From Candidatus Omnitrophota bacterium (GTDB lineage Bacteria; Omnitrophota; Omnitrophia; Omnitrophales; Aquincolibacteriaceae), in the NCBI GenBank assembly GCA_023247055.1, contig JAHFHF010000013.1:1-56567 (forward strand): a stretch of DNA of 56,567 nt, written 5' to 3'. Under the pieces are notes generated by a model that was not told where the DNA came from, did not search any database, and saw only the letters and a program-made list of their open reading frames with translations. How positions within the stretch are numbered: position 1 is the stretch's first letter; each line of letters begins with the position of its first letter. A program made the translations under genes and the position numbers. Positions 42,137-51,488 of the stretch are shown piece after piece.

Positions 42137-43412
42137 AAAATAATTTAATTTCTTTTCCCAGATAAAGAATTACGCCGGCGACCAGAAAGTACATAAAAGC
42201 CGTAAGCGGAATCGAATCCAAACCGCTGGTCAACAGCACCGCATCCGCGGTCAGATGACTGATTCCAAGATACCTCCACAACGTGCGGTGCTCTTCGGTC
42301 AAAAGATATTTTTTTTGTGAAAACCACGAGAAGAGCATGAAAATCTGGAACGCAAGAAATGCGCCAAGCCCCAGGATTCCGGTCACAAGCAGTATTTCCA
42401 CATAGTGCGAATGCGACCCGACGATCATGGTCGAAAACTCATCCCTCGGCCGGGCGCCGAGCCCAAGCAGCGGGTTTTGCTCCATGACTTGTGAAAAAGC
42501 CTCTTTATAAATCCCCAGCCGGCCCCAGGTGCTGTCGGGACGGATGGAAAGCAGCCATTGAAATGCCAGATAAAGCCGGTCTACCAGCGGAAAAAAAACG
42601 CAAAAATAAAAGAAACACCAAAACGGCTTGATTCCGATCTCGATCAACTTGACGGCAAGCCAGGCTGCCAACAGCGCACACACGGCCGTCCGTGAGAGCG
42701 AAAAGAAAAAGGGAACGAGTAAAACCATAAAAATTCCGGCGCTGACCCACCGGCGGCTCTCTTTCAAGCGTTGAAACCCCATCGACAAGGGTAGAATCAT
42801 GGCCATAAAACCACCGGTGGCAATAGGCACCCCGCTGTAGACGCTGATCCGGGGCATATTGCCGATCTTCCAATCCAGCGTCACCCCCTGAATGACCCAT
42901 TGAATATAAAAAAAGGGATAATTTTTAAGCCCCGGCCACAAATGCGCCAGCAGCGGCTCCATCCGGAAGGTCCATTTCAGGACCCACCATGCGCCTAAAA
43001 AAAAGAGGGCGATGCCGGCCGTGATCAACGCTAAACGGTTCCCCGCTGCAAAAAACCTGCGGGGAAACCCGGGCGCCGCGGCATTATAGACGGTCAGCAT
43101 CAAGCAGAACCCCATGACAAACATAAGGTAATTATTCGCGGATGCAATGATTCTTTGCAGCGGATGGTTTCCGAAATTGAATAAAAGCGAGGTTAGATAA
43201 ATCACCATAAAGAAAAACAGCCCTAAAAGCGGCCGGGGAATGCTGAGCGGACTATCGGAATAGAAGCTCCAGACAAAGAGCTTGAGCAGCACCAGCAGTC
43301 CGATCACCTGATAAATCATTACGTTTAAGCCGAGCAGCCACCAAAGCGGGGTCAATCCTAGCGTCAGCAGCAGGTCGGTTTCGATTTTTGTTTCAAGAAA
43401 AGGTATTTTCAC
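42084..43412 (-). CDS. O-antigen ligase/polymerase-like (Wzy-type) membrane protein
   Basis: About 10 or more TM segments, with a central SLSRTAVCALLAAWL block typical of the Wzy_C region. Confidence 0.6.
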   Translation of the reverse strand: MKIPFLETKIETDLLLTLGLTPLWWLLGLNVMIYQVIGLLVLLKLFVWSFYSDSPLSIPRPLLGLFFFMVIYLTSLLFNFGNHPLQRIIASANNYLMFVMGFCLMLTVYNAAAPGFPRRFFAAGNRLALITAGIALFFLGAWWVLKWTFRMEPLLAHLWPGLKNYPFFYIQWVIQGVTLDWKIGNMPRISVYSGVPIATGGFMAMILPLSMGFQRLKESRRWVSAGIFMVLLVPFFFSLSRTAVCALLAAWLAVKLIEIGIKPFWCFFYFCVFFPLVDRLYLAFQWLLSIRPDSTWGRLGIYKEAFSQVMEQNPLLGLGARPRDEFSTMIVGSHSHYVEILLVTGILGLGAFLAFQIFMLFSWFSQKKYLLTEEHRTLWRYLGISHLTADAVLLTSGLDSIPLTAFMYFLVAGVILYLGKEIKLFYVLQKNTKQEQDHALAL

Positions 43413-44500
43413 TTTTCGACCCGGACGGAGATCCTAAGTTCTGTATAGAACTGCTCATACTGTTGAATCATGCCGGCAAAGGAATGCTTTTGGCCGGTCT
43501 GCCGGGCGGATGCTCCCCAGGATTTCAGTTTCTCAGGCTGATTTAAAACCTGTAAAAGCGCTTGGCCGAGATGCTGCGCCGAGCGTGGTGGAACCAGTAA
43601 CCCGTTCTCGCCGTCACGTACAATATCGCGCGTGCCTTCAATCGCGGTTGCAATCACCGGTTTACCCGCATAAAACGCCTCGATAACACTCCTCGGCATT
43701 CCCTCCCAAAGCGACGGCAGGATCAAAAAATCACAGACCTCAAGCCATTCTGGAACGGCATCCGTATATCCGGTGAAAATAAAATTGCCGCGGACTTCAA
43801 GAGTTTGCGCTTTTTTTTCCAGAGCAGCGCGCAGCTTTCCATCGCCCGCAAGGACAATCCGGAGACGCAATCGGTCTTGGGGAGGTAAACCCGCAACGGC
43901 CTCCATCAGATAAGCATGGCCTTTTTGTTCTTCAAACCGGCCGATACAAAGCCCGGTCAGCTGCCCGGGCGCGGCGGGATAATGTGTTTTCAAATCCTCC
44001 ACCTGCCGGGCGGATGCGAACCGCAGCTGAGCCGCATTGGGAATGGCCCGAACAAGGCTCTCTGGCACGCGGTAATAATCGATCAAATGGCGGCGCAGCG
44101 ACTCGGAAACCGTAGTCACTCGATGGCCATAACGGTAAAAAAAACGATGGTTTTTTTTAAGCACGCGTTCCGTATGCAGAATCCGGTTTCCCCGTTTAAA
44201 CAACAAATCCAGCAAAAACGTGGTGAACCGGTGATGCGAGTGGATGATATCCGGAGTAAAGTCCCGTAATATCCGGCGCAGCTGCCGGATCAGGCCGGGA
44301 ATCTGAAACTTGGAACGCGGGATTTCAAACACCCGAATATTTTCCTGACGCAGATGCTCGGCCAGCGGGCCGGCATTCACCGCAGCCCGGATTTCATACC
44401 GGTTTGTTTTTTTCAGGGCGGATGCAAGTTCAAATACGCCTTTGGCAGCTCCTCCCAAACCTCCGTCTGGATTGTAGAGGTGGACCAATAAAATTTTCAT
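43409..44500 (-). CDS. Glycosyltransferase family 4
   Basis: GGLGGAAKGVFELA N-terminus and the EGMPRSVIEAFYAGKPVIAT EX7E motif. Confidence 0.8.
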   Translation of the reverse strand: MKILLVHLYNPDGGLGGAAKGVFELASALKKTNRYEIRAAVNAGPLAEHLRQENIRVFEIPRSKFQIPGLIRQLRRILRDFTPDIIHSHHRFTTFLLDLLFKRGNRILHTERVLKKNHRFFYRYGHRVTTVSESLRRHLIDYYRVPESLVRAIPNAAQLRFASARQVEDLKTHYPAAPGQLTGLCIGRFEEQKGHAYLMEAVAGLPPQDRLRLRIVLAGDGKLRAALEKKAQTLEVRGNFIFTGYTDAVPEWLEVCDFLILPSLWEGMPRSVIEAFYAGKPVIATAIEGTRDIVRDGENGLLVPPRSAQHLGQALLQVLNQPEKLKSWGASARQTGQKHSFAGMIQQYEQFYTELRISVRVEK

Positions 44501-45186
44501 GTCCGGCGGCCTGCTACGGCGATAATTTCAAAATGCCGCCGGATTTTCCCAAGACAGTTTAAGGCAAACCCATAGGCCGCCGGCCCGCATAAACGGTAAA
44601 GAGGCAGAAAAAATTTTCTGCCGTTCAGCGCGTTAAAACGGACACGGACGTCACCGCAGCCGGCACTTTCCATCAGGTTGCGAAGAGTTCTAAGGTTCCA
44701 GGAATAAAGATGGTGATCCGTATCATCCGCCTTAGGTTTGAGGCCCGGCGATTCTGCAGGAACCACCACGATCAGCCGGCCTTGCGGCTTTAAATACGCC
44801 TGAAGCGTTTTCAGCAACGCATACGGCTCAGGGACATGCTCCAGAACATGCCGTAAAAGGATAAAATCAAAACGTCTTTGCGGCGTGATTTCCTCAAGCG
44901 CTGCGGCCGTCTGAAAGCCTAAACTTTGGATATACTCCCGCGCCGAACGGGCCGGCTCCAGGGCCAGGACCTCCGCCTCTTTTTGAATCCCAAGCAAATT
45001 ATTCCCAAAACCTGCGCCGACTTCTAAAACCGACTGTCCGGACTGGAGGCCTTTGAAATAGACCTGCCGGGCATAGCAGCCCCAGGCTTCTCTTAAAACC
45101 GCGTCTTCCCGCATACTCCTCAAATGACGGTGGCGCTGATGATGGTAGCTGTCGCCTTCGGCCGAAGCATAATCAAGGAGAGACAT
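44497..45186 (-). CDS. Class I SAM-dependent methyltransferase
   Basis: VLEVGAGFGNN motif I and FILLRHVLEHV. Confidence 0.7.
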   Translation of the reverse strand: MSLLDYASAEGDSYHHQRHRHLRSMREDAVLREAWGCYARQVYFKGLQSGQSVLEVGAGFGNNLLGIQKEAEVLALEPARSAREYIQSLGFQTAAALEEITPQRRFDFILLRHVLEHVPEPYALLKTLQAYLKPQGRLIVVVPAESPGLKPKADDTDHHLYSWNLRTLRNLMESAGCGDVRVRFNALNGRKFFLPLYRLCGPAAYGFALNCLGKIRRHFEIIAVAGRRT

Positions 45187-46468
45187 GCGGCACCTCTTTT
45201 TTCCAATGCTGCCGCAAATAACCGTAAAGCCCTGCGGCGGTTAAGCTCATGATGATCAGCGTTGCAATCGCAAGTCCGCGCACTCCGTAATGCTGCACCA
45301 GCAGCGCGTTCAGCACAATCTTTCCGCCCAATTGAAAACAGGCGGTCTTCAGATAGACGCTGTCCTTTTTGAGAATAAACAAAATACGAACATACAGGGT
45401 ATATAAAATCGCAGGGGCTAATCCAAGGCTCAAAAACCCGAAAAGGTCGGCTAACACCGTCAAGTTTTCCGCCAGCGCGCCCCGCTGGCCAAAACCTGCG
45501 GTCACAAGCGGCGTCCGGAAAATCCATAGCGCCGTGGAAAAAGAAACGGTTGCCATGAAAACAATGGCCGTGTCGCGGCGGATCCGTGTCCAAAATAAAG
45601 CCCGGGAATCGACAACGAAGCGTTCCGACCAAAAAGAATTGAAAACATTTAAAAACCCCGCTTGAAAAAATAAAAAAGGAATTTGATACATACGGTCGGC
45701 ATAATTCAGCAAGCTGGTACTGCCCGCGCCGAGGTGAAGGGCAAAGGATGTATCGACGAAAAAAATGATATTAATGACGGCTAAGGCGAGCATCTGCCGG
45801 CCGCTTCCTTTGAAAAAATCCCTCACTCCTTTTTCGATCGAAGGCCACGCAATCTGCAGACGCCAGGCCGAAAAGCGCTTGAGAACATAGAGACCGGCGG
45901 CCCAGCGCAGCGCTTCGCCGGCTGCATACCCTGTGGTCACGGCATAAATCCCCCAAGCTTTGCCCGTCAGAAATACAACCAGGATCACCACGACGGATCT
46001 TAAGAGCGGCGAAAGCGCGGGAAACCAAAAAATTTTATACGTGTAAAAAAGACCGTTGGATTGGGCCGCCCAAATGCTGAGAAAAAGAAAAGGGGTCAGC
46101 GCCCAGAATAAATGCGCGGCCAGCCGCGTATCTTCAGGCGAGCCGAATGAAACGAGTCCCGTCTGCAGGGCGGCGCCGGACCCAAGGCATAAGACCAAGA
46201 CTACGGGAAGGACGACGCACAAGACTGCGTTTGAAAAATCGGCGGCCGTGGCGGACCGCAGCTGTTGTTCGGCAAGATAGGGCACAAGCACGGACTCGAA
46301 GAAATAAATCATCATGCTGATCACAAACGTCATCAGGCTGAAAACCCAGAAAAAAACGTCCGTAAAGCGTTCGGCGCCGAAAACACGGGCAATGACAAAA
46401 GGAATCAACATCCCCAAGGATCTTCCCGCAATCGCCAAAAAAGGGGTGGTGATCAGTTCTTTTTTCAT
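45173..46468 (-). CDS. MOP-superfamily flippase (MurJ/MviN-like Wzx)
   Basis: Polytopic membrane protein. N-terminus AGRSLGMLIPFVIARVFGAERFTDVFF resembles the MurJ signature. Confidence 0.65.
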   Translation of the reverse strand: MKKELITTPFLAIAGRSLGMLIPFVIARVFGAERFTDVFFWVFSLMTFVISMMIYFFESVLVPYLAEQQLRSATAADFSNAVLCVVLPVVLVLCLGSGAALQTGLVSFGSPEDTRLAAHLFWALTPFLFLSIWAAQSNGLFYTYKIFWFPALSPLLRSVVVILVVFLTGKAWGIYAVTTGYAAGEALRWAAGLYVLKRFSAWRLQIAWPSIEKGVRDFFKGSGRQMLALAVINIIFFVDTSFALHLGAGSTSLLNYADRMYQIPFLFFQAGFLNVFNSFWSERFVVDSRALFWTRIRRDTAIVFMATVSFSTALWIFRTPLVTAGFGQRGALAENLTVLADLFGFLSLGLAPAILYTLYVRILFILKKDSVYLKTACFQLGGKIVLNALLVQHYGVRGLAIATLIIMSLTAAGLYGYLRQHWKKEVPHVSP

Positions 46469-48801
46469 GCGTAATGCACCCGGACTTCACCCAGTTCAAT
46501 CAAAGGGCCGCGTCGTCCTTTTCCGTTTCCAGGCATTCCGTTGATCAATTGAACCGACAATCGCTGGGGTCCTCCCGGAGTTGCAGTTTTCAAAACACGC
46601 GTTTGCCAGGAGGATCCGCCCCCATAAAGACTGCCGGCGGGCTGACCGTCCAAATAAACGACGGCATAGCCATTTTCTCCCTGCTGGGGAAAGCCGCGCC
46701 AGGTCACTGCAATCGAAACCGGTCCGGGTTTAAGATACAGCCCTAGTTTAGCGGCAGCGCGTCCCTGAAGAAGCCCTCCCAAACTCCGGCCGCCCCGCCA
46801 TTGTGTGCCGGAATACTCGAGGGGCAAGGGATGCTGCGCCTGAAAGGTTTCCCCGGGCAAGGATGCCGGCTGCGGGCTCTTTAATTTCCAATACGTCATA
46901 AAAACAGACTCACGCTGCGGCCAAAGCGCCCTAGAGTCTATAAAATTCAGCAGCTTTTTATAAGACGCTAAATCTTCAGGCGTGATTTGCTGAAGAAGCA
47001 TGGGATCGGAGAATTGGTCCCAAAGATCCTGAAGGACAAAACCAAGCAGCGGCGACGGTTTCTCCGCATAATGCCGCTCAAGCGCCGTACGGATCAGTGC
47101 CTTCGCCTTTTGTTTTTCAGCCGTGGACAAATCGGTTTGCAAAAGCAGGCTCCGGCCAGTTTGATAAGTGATCCAGGCATTGCCCGGATCATGCTCCCGG
47201 GCTTTTTCAAAATAAGCTTCGATCGTTTCCTTGCCGGAAATCTCCCGGCTGGAGAGCGCAAGATAGGCCCAAGCTTTCCCGTAATCCGGAAGACGATGGG
47301 TCACTTCTTGAAAGCAACCGGCCGCCTTTGCAACCAGCGCCTTATCCCCCGTTTTTTCAGCCCATCGGAAAAAACTAATCCCCAACCCGTAATCCCCATA
47401 GGGATTCCAAGAATTATACCGCTGTGCCGTCTGAAATTTTAGGACCGCTTGAGGGAAATCAGCCTTTTTTAGCGCCATCTGCCCCTGATCGAACAGCAGG
47501 CCGGCCCAGGCTCTTGGAATAGAAATTAGAAAAAAAAGCAGGGCCGCAAGCCGGACCATGCCCGAAATGAACTTATGCGGAATAAAATTACAGGAGGGTT
47601 TCAAAAATTTCATACTCAAACGAAAGGCCGCTGCCAGCAGCAGCAAAGCCAGAAAGGCATTGGCCGGAATCGCAAAATTAAAATCCAGCAAGGAGTGGAT
47701 CCCCAAAGAAGCAAGCGCTGTCAAAATCCCCCACCCCGGCCACAAATCTTCTTCGCCGGAGGACACCAGTGTTTTCACAAAAGAAACGAGGACGCCCGTA
47801 ACGAAAGCAGCCCAAGCACAAAACCCGGGGATTCCAAGTTCAGCCAGCAGCTCAAGATAATCCTGATGCGCATGCCCCCATCCTTTGAGGGACAAGGCCG
47901 ATTGGTAGCGCGGGAAAATAAGTTCAAATCCCCCCAGCCCCACGCCCCAGGGATTGTCACGGATCATGGTAAGAGTCCCCTTCCAGGTTTCAAACCGGCC
48001 GGCAGAACTCCAAAAAATATCTTTGGCGTGTAAAAAACGGTCTACGGCCGTGCCGCCCCAAAGCGCCACCCCGGCGCTGAAAAGAATCAGCACAACCGCG
48101 AAAAAAGCAAAACGTTTCTTGAAAAGAAAAATCATCCAGACAAAAGTGAAGCCGCAGGCTGCGGCAAAACTGAGAAGGCCCGCGCGGGATCCGGTTTTTA
48201 AAAATACTCCAAAGACGATCAGCCACAAAAATACAAGGACAGTAAAACGCAGCATGCGGCGTTTTTGAAAGGCCTGCATTAAAGCACCAAAATGGACGCC
48301 AAGGCAAAGTTCCAGCAGGCCGGCCAGATGATTGCGGTTGATATACGTTCCTGTGGCATAACCCAGGTACTGGCTTTTTTCCTGCCAAAGGACTTGCGCC
48401 GAGCCGGAAACAAGCTGCCATGCGCTATAGAGCGATTCTCCTAACCCGATAAAAACGAAAGCCCAGGCAAGATGCGACAGGCCTTCAGAATCAAGGCCCT
48501 GAACCAGCAAAAAGGCCGCTGCCAAAGCCAGCCACATTCCGAACCCTGCGGCGGCGCCATAGGGATTACGCGTGATTCCAAAAAACTGGATTCCCATCCA
48601 CAAAAAAAGAGCGGCTCCAGCCAGTTTGAGAAAAAAAGGAAACCGGCGAACTTCAAAAACAGCGGCGGGGTTTAAAAAAAGCAGGAAGAAAAGCAGGGCG
48701 CTCAGAAGGGACGCGGCCCATTCGGGAACACTGCCAAAAAAAACGGGGGCGGCGCAGGCGGCCGCAATCAATCCGGTTTCAAGGCCGCGGGAAACCTTCA
48801 T
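46465..48801 (-). CDS. O-antigen ligase-family membrane domain fused to TPR repeats and a C-terminal extracytoplasmic domain
   Basis: N-terminal ~400 aa polytopic with KTGSRAGLLSFAAA (Wzy_C-like), then TPR-like repeats, then about 150 aa of beta-rich sequence. Confidence 0.6.
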   Translation of the reverse strand: MKVSRGLETGLIAAACAAPVFFGSVPEWAASLLSALLFFLLFLNPAAVFEVRRFPFFLKLAGAALFLWMGIQFFGITRNPYGAAAGFGMWLALAAAFLLVQGLDSEGLSHLAWAFVFIGLGESLYSAWQLVSGSAQVLWQEKSQYLGYATGTYINRNHLAGLLELCLGVHFGALMQAFQKRRMLRFTVLVFLWLIVFGVFLKTGSRAGLLSFAAACGFTFVWMIFLFKKRFAFFAVVLILFSAGVALWGGTAVDRFLHAKDIFWSSAGRFETWKGTLTMIRDNPWGVGLGGFELIFPRYQSALSLKGWGHAHQDYLELLAELGIPGFCAWAAFVTGVLVSFVKTLVSSGEEDLWPGWGILTALASLGIHSLLDFNFAIPANAFLALLLLAAAFRLSMKFLKPSCNFIPHKFISGMVRLAALLFFLISIPRAWAGLLFDQGQMALKKADFPQAVLKFQTAQRYNSWNPYGDYGLGISFFRWAEKTGDKALVAKAAGCFQEVTHRLPDYGKAWAYLALSSREISGKETIEAYFEKAREHDPGNAWITYQTGRSLLLQTDLSTAEKQKAKALIRTALERHYAEKPSPLLGFVLQDLWDQFSDPMLLQQITPEDLASYKKLLNFIDSRALWPQRESVFMTYWKLKSPQPASLPGETFQAQHPLPLEYSGTQWRGGRSLGGLLQGRAAAKLGLYLKPGPVSIAVTWRGFPQQGENGYAVVYLDGQPAGSLYGGGSSWQTRVLKTATPGGPQRLSVQLINGMPGNGKGRRGPLIELGEVRVHYA

Positions 48802-50735
48802 CGGGAAGGGCCGGCATCTCCATACCCGTAATAGTAATACTGGTGATAGTACAGGTCTTTTTCACGGACACTGACCCGGTTAATCACCACGCCTAAAAGC
48901 CGTTCCGGCCCGAGTTCCGCAAAACGCTGCTTGAGTTTCCGGAGATGGCGCCGGTCGGTTTTACGGTAGGCCGCAACGATCACGATCGCATTGGCATGTT
49001 CGCTAAGCACGATCACGTCGGCCACGGCCAAGTAGGGGGGGCTGTCGATCAGAATGATGTCATATTCTTTTTTGAGCGACCCTAAAATGAGTTCCATTTT
49101 TTCAGAACCCAAAAGCTCCGTCGGATGATAGGAATGGACTCCGGAACTCAAAAAATCAAACCCAAGCCCCCCGACATTTTTACAGATGGCCTGCGCGGCC
49201 TCCAGCTCGCCCTCCAAGACTTCGGTCAAACCTTTATCCTCAGTAATATTGAGAACTTTATGAAGCCGCGGCTTTCTTAAATCCGCGTCGATCAGCAATA
49301 CACGCAGGTGGTTTTGTTGAAAGGCCATGGCCAGATTGGCAATAAGGGTTGTTTTGCCTTCCTGCGGATTAGGACTGGTCATGAGAATGACCCGGCAGCC
49401 CCGTAAGTGCCGGAACCGGAAAAGAAGAGCGGTTCTTAAAGCCCTTAAGGCTTCGGAGGCAGCGGAGGAGGTATCGGATTCAAAAAAAAGATCACCGCGG
49501 ACAGCGTCTGATTTCTTCTCAGCCTCAGGAATAATTCCGAACAGATCCAGGCCGGCGCCCCTTTCGATATCCTCCGGAATTTTGACCGTTGAATCCAGAT
49601 ACTCCAAGAAAAATGCCAGAAAGCACCCGCCGGCAAAACCCAGAACGAGGGCAAGGATCAGGTTCAGAACCGGACGCGGGCGTGCGGGCCGCGGCTCAGG
49701 CACCGCTTGATCCACAACCGTGATATTGCTGGCCTGGGCCTTGGCCTCGCTATGCGTCTGTTCCAGTCTGTCTAAAAGAGACTTATAAACTTTGCGGGCA
49801 CTGTCCGCTTCGCGTTCAAGTTCATCGTATTTAATGGCGACACCGCCGAGTTCGATGGTTTTGGTTTCTTCCCTTTTCATCTGTTCTTCCAATCCTTCGA
49901 TTTGAGAGCGCAGGTGAATGCGCTTAGGATGGGCCGGAAGATAACGTTTGGCCATACGGGATTCCTGGGACTGCAGCTTGACGAGAGCCAGTTTGGTATC
50001 CTGCAAAAACTGGTCCTTTTCGTGCAGGGACGGAATGGAAACAAGGGCATGTTTTTCTTTATAGGCCTGAAGTTTGCGCTCCGTTTCAGCCACCTTGGTT
50101 TTAAGGTCCCCCATCTGGCCGGAAATCAAATCCATGGCCTGCGTGGAAACCAGGTAACGGTTTTTCAGGTTTTGTTCAATGTAAAGTCTCGCCAGCGTAT
50201 TGGCAATGCCTGACGCCCGGCGGTTGTCCGGATGAAAGACCGTGATAGTCACAAGCTGGGAATTCCGCACCGGCCGGATTTGCAGCATCCGGGAGACAAA
50301 AATGTCTTCCGGTTTGCGGGAAGCCAAAAAAACGCCCAAAGAGTCTGAAATCCAGGGCTGTTTGCGCAAAAAACCGCGCAGCCGGCCATGCACCAATCCC
50401 TGCAAATACGGATCTTTATCCAGTTCCTCTTCGCGGATCAGTGCGCGGATCAGGCCGGCGCCTTTTAAAATCTGGTATTGCGTCTGATAGTAGTCCGTCG
50501 ACGAAGCATCAAAGGTCATCACTTCTTTAAAATCGAGCACATTGGGATTATCTTTTTCGATCAGCAGCGTGGTGCTGGCTTGATAAATCACCTTTTCCGT
50601 AACTGTGAAAAATCCCCCCAGAAAAAGCGCGACCAGCAAAACAGAAAGAATCAGTTTGCGGCGCTTCATCAGGATATAGTAATAATCGCGGAGATGAATT
50701 TCCTCCTCGACAAAAACATTACCGTTCGCGGCCAT
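48798..50735 (-). CDS. Polysaccharide co-polymerase / tyrosine autokinase (Wzc/GumC-like BY-kinase)
   Basis: Wzz-like N-terminus with a coiled coil. Walker A SPNPQEGKTT, A' LLIDADLRKP, B IILIDSPP, and a C-terminal Tyr cluster DLYYHQYYYYGYG. Start trimmed to the second Met. Confidence 0.85.
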   Translation of the reverse strand: MAANGNVFVEEEIHLRDYYYILMKRRKLILSVLLVALFLGGFFTVTEKVIYQASTTLLIEKDNPNVLDFKEVMTFDASSTDYYQTQYQILKGAGLIRALIREEELDKDPYLQGLVHGRLRGFLRKQPWISDSLGVFLASRKPEDIFVSRMLQIRPVRNSQLVTITVFHPDNRRASGIANTLARLYIEQNLKNRYLVSTQAMDLISGQMGDLKTKVAETERKLQAYKEKHALVSIPSLHEKDQFLQDTKLALVKLQSQESRMAKRYLPAHPKRIHLRSQIEGLEEQMKREETKTIELGGVAIKYDELEREADSARKVYKSLLDRLEQTHSEAKAQASNITVVDQAVPEPRPARPRPVLNLILALVLGFAGGCFLAFFLEYLDSTVKIPEDIERGAGLDLFGIIPEAEKKSDAVRGDLFFESDTSSAASEALRALRTALLFRFRHLRGCRVILMTSPNPQEGKTTLIANLAMAFQQNHLRVLLIDADLRKPRLHKVLNITEDKGLTEVLEGELEAAQAICKNVGGLGFDFLSSGVHSYHPTELLGSEKMELILGSLKKEYDIILIDSPPYLAVADVIVLSEHANAIVIVAAYRKTDRRHLRKLKQRFAELGPERLLGVVINRVSVREKDLYYHQYYYYGYGDAGPSR

Positions 50736-50736
50736 G

Positions 50737-51336
50737 CTAAAAGAAACTCCTCGGGACAATGACCCGGTCATTGGCGCGCAGGCCCGGATCGTTGTCCCCC
50801 TTGCCGTCTTTTTTGGTCAAGTTAGAAATATTGACTTCGAAACTGCTTTGCTGGTCCCCTTCCATGCGGATCACTTTCACCTTGGAAGGGTTCGCGACTT
50901 CCGTAAATCCGCCTGCATAGGTAATTGCCTCAAACACGGTCATTTTCCCGGTCAGGGGAAAAGACCCTGGATTTTTCACTTCGCCAAAAACAAAAATACT
51001 GCTGAATTCTTTGACAAAAACCGTTACTTGGGGATTGACCAGATATTTCTCGGCCAGAAGAGCGCTCACCTTTTCCTGAAGGCCCTGGACCGTCTCTCCC
51101 GCGGCCGTAATCTGGCCCAGCAGCGGCATGGAAATCTTTCCATCAGTCAAGACCCTCGCCTCTTTGGTCAAGTCCGGTTCATCATAAACCTCGATTTCAA
51201 GAAGGTCGCCTATACCGATATGATAGTCTTGCGCGGATTTCGCGCCGGATTCTGGCGATTGGGCAGACAGGTGGAACGGGCTTGAAAGAAAAATGAGCAG
51301 GCCGAGCGGCAGAGTGCGAAAAATAGCCATAGACAT
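50737..51336 (-). CDS. Polysaccharide export protein (Wza-like, Poly_export plus SLBB)
   Basis: Signal peptide, YHIGIGDLLEIEVY, FVFGEVKNPGSFPL. Confidence 0.8.
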   Translation of the reverse strand: MSMAIFRTLPLGLLIFLSSPFHLSAQSPESGAKSAQDYHIGIGDLLEIEVYDEPDLTKEARVLTDGKISMPLLGQITAAGETVQGLQEKVSALLAEKYLVNPQVTVFVKEFSSIFVFGEVKNPGSFPLTGKMTVFEAITYAGGFTEVANPSKVKVIRMEGDQQSSFEVNISNLTKKDGKGDNDPGLRANDRVIVPRSFF

Positions 51337-51393
51337 AAGTAGATTATCGGCTGACGGCGGTCAAAATTAAAGGGACTCCTAGAGCAAGACACT

Positions 51394-51488
51394 GCGCTTC
51401 GCAGGCCAAGGAAGCCCGCGTAGGCACTAGTCTCTGCCGTCTATCGCAGAGACAAGAACATCGAACGCCTAAGGGCGTTTGTATGTTC
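51394..51488. repeat. REP-like hairpin cluster between the OMP gene and wza
   Basis: GCGCTTCGCAGGCCAAGGAAGCCCGCGTAGGCACTAG (51394-51430); CTCTGCCGTCTATCGCAGAG (51432-51451); and a 14-bp bulged hairpin GAACATCGAACGCC-taa-GGCGTTTGTATGTTC (51455-51488) abutting the stop codon. Confidence 0.7.

Noticed and set aside
45120-46499. Alternative-frame minus-strand ORFs inside the flippase gene (45120-45632, 45771-46028, 46134-46499)
   Set aside because: They are out of frame with the 431-aa polytopic MurJ-like ORF, which has coherent TM topology. Their products are Arg/Cys-rich nonsense.
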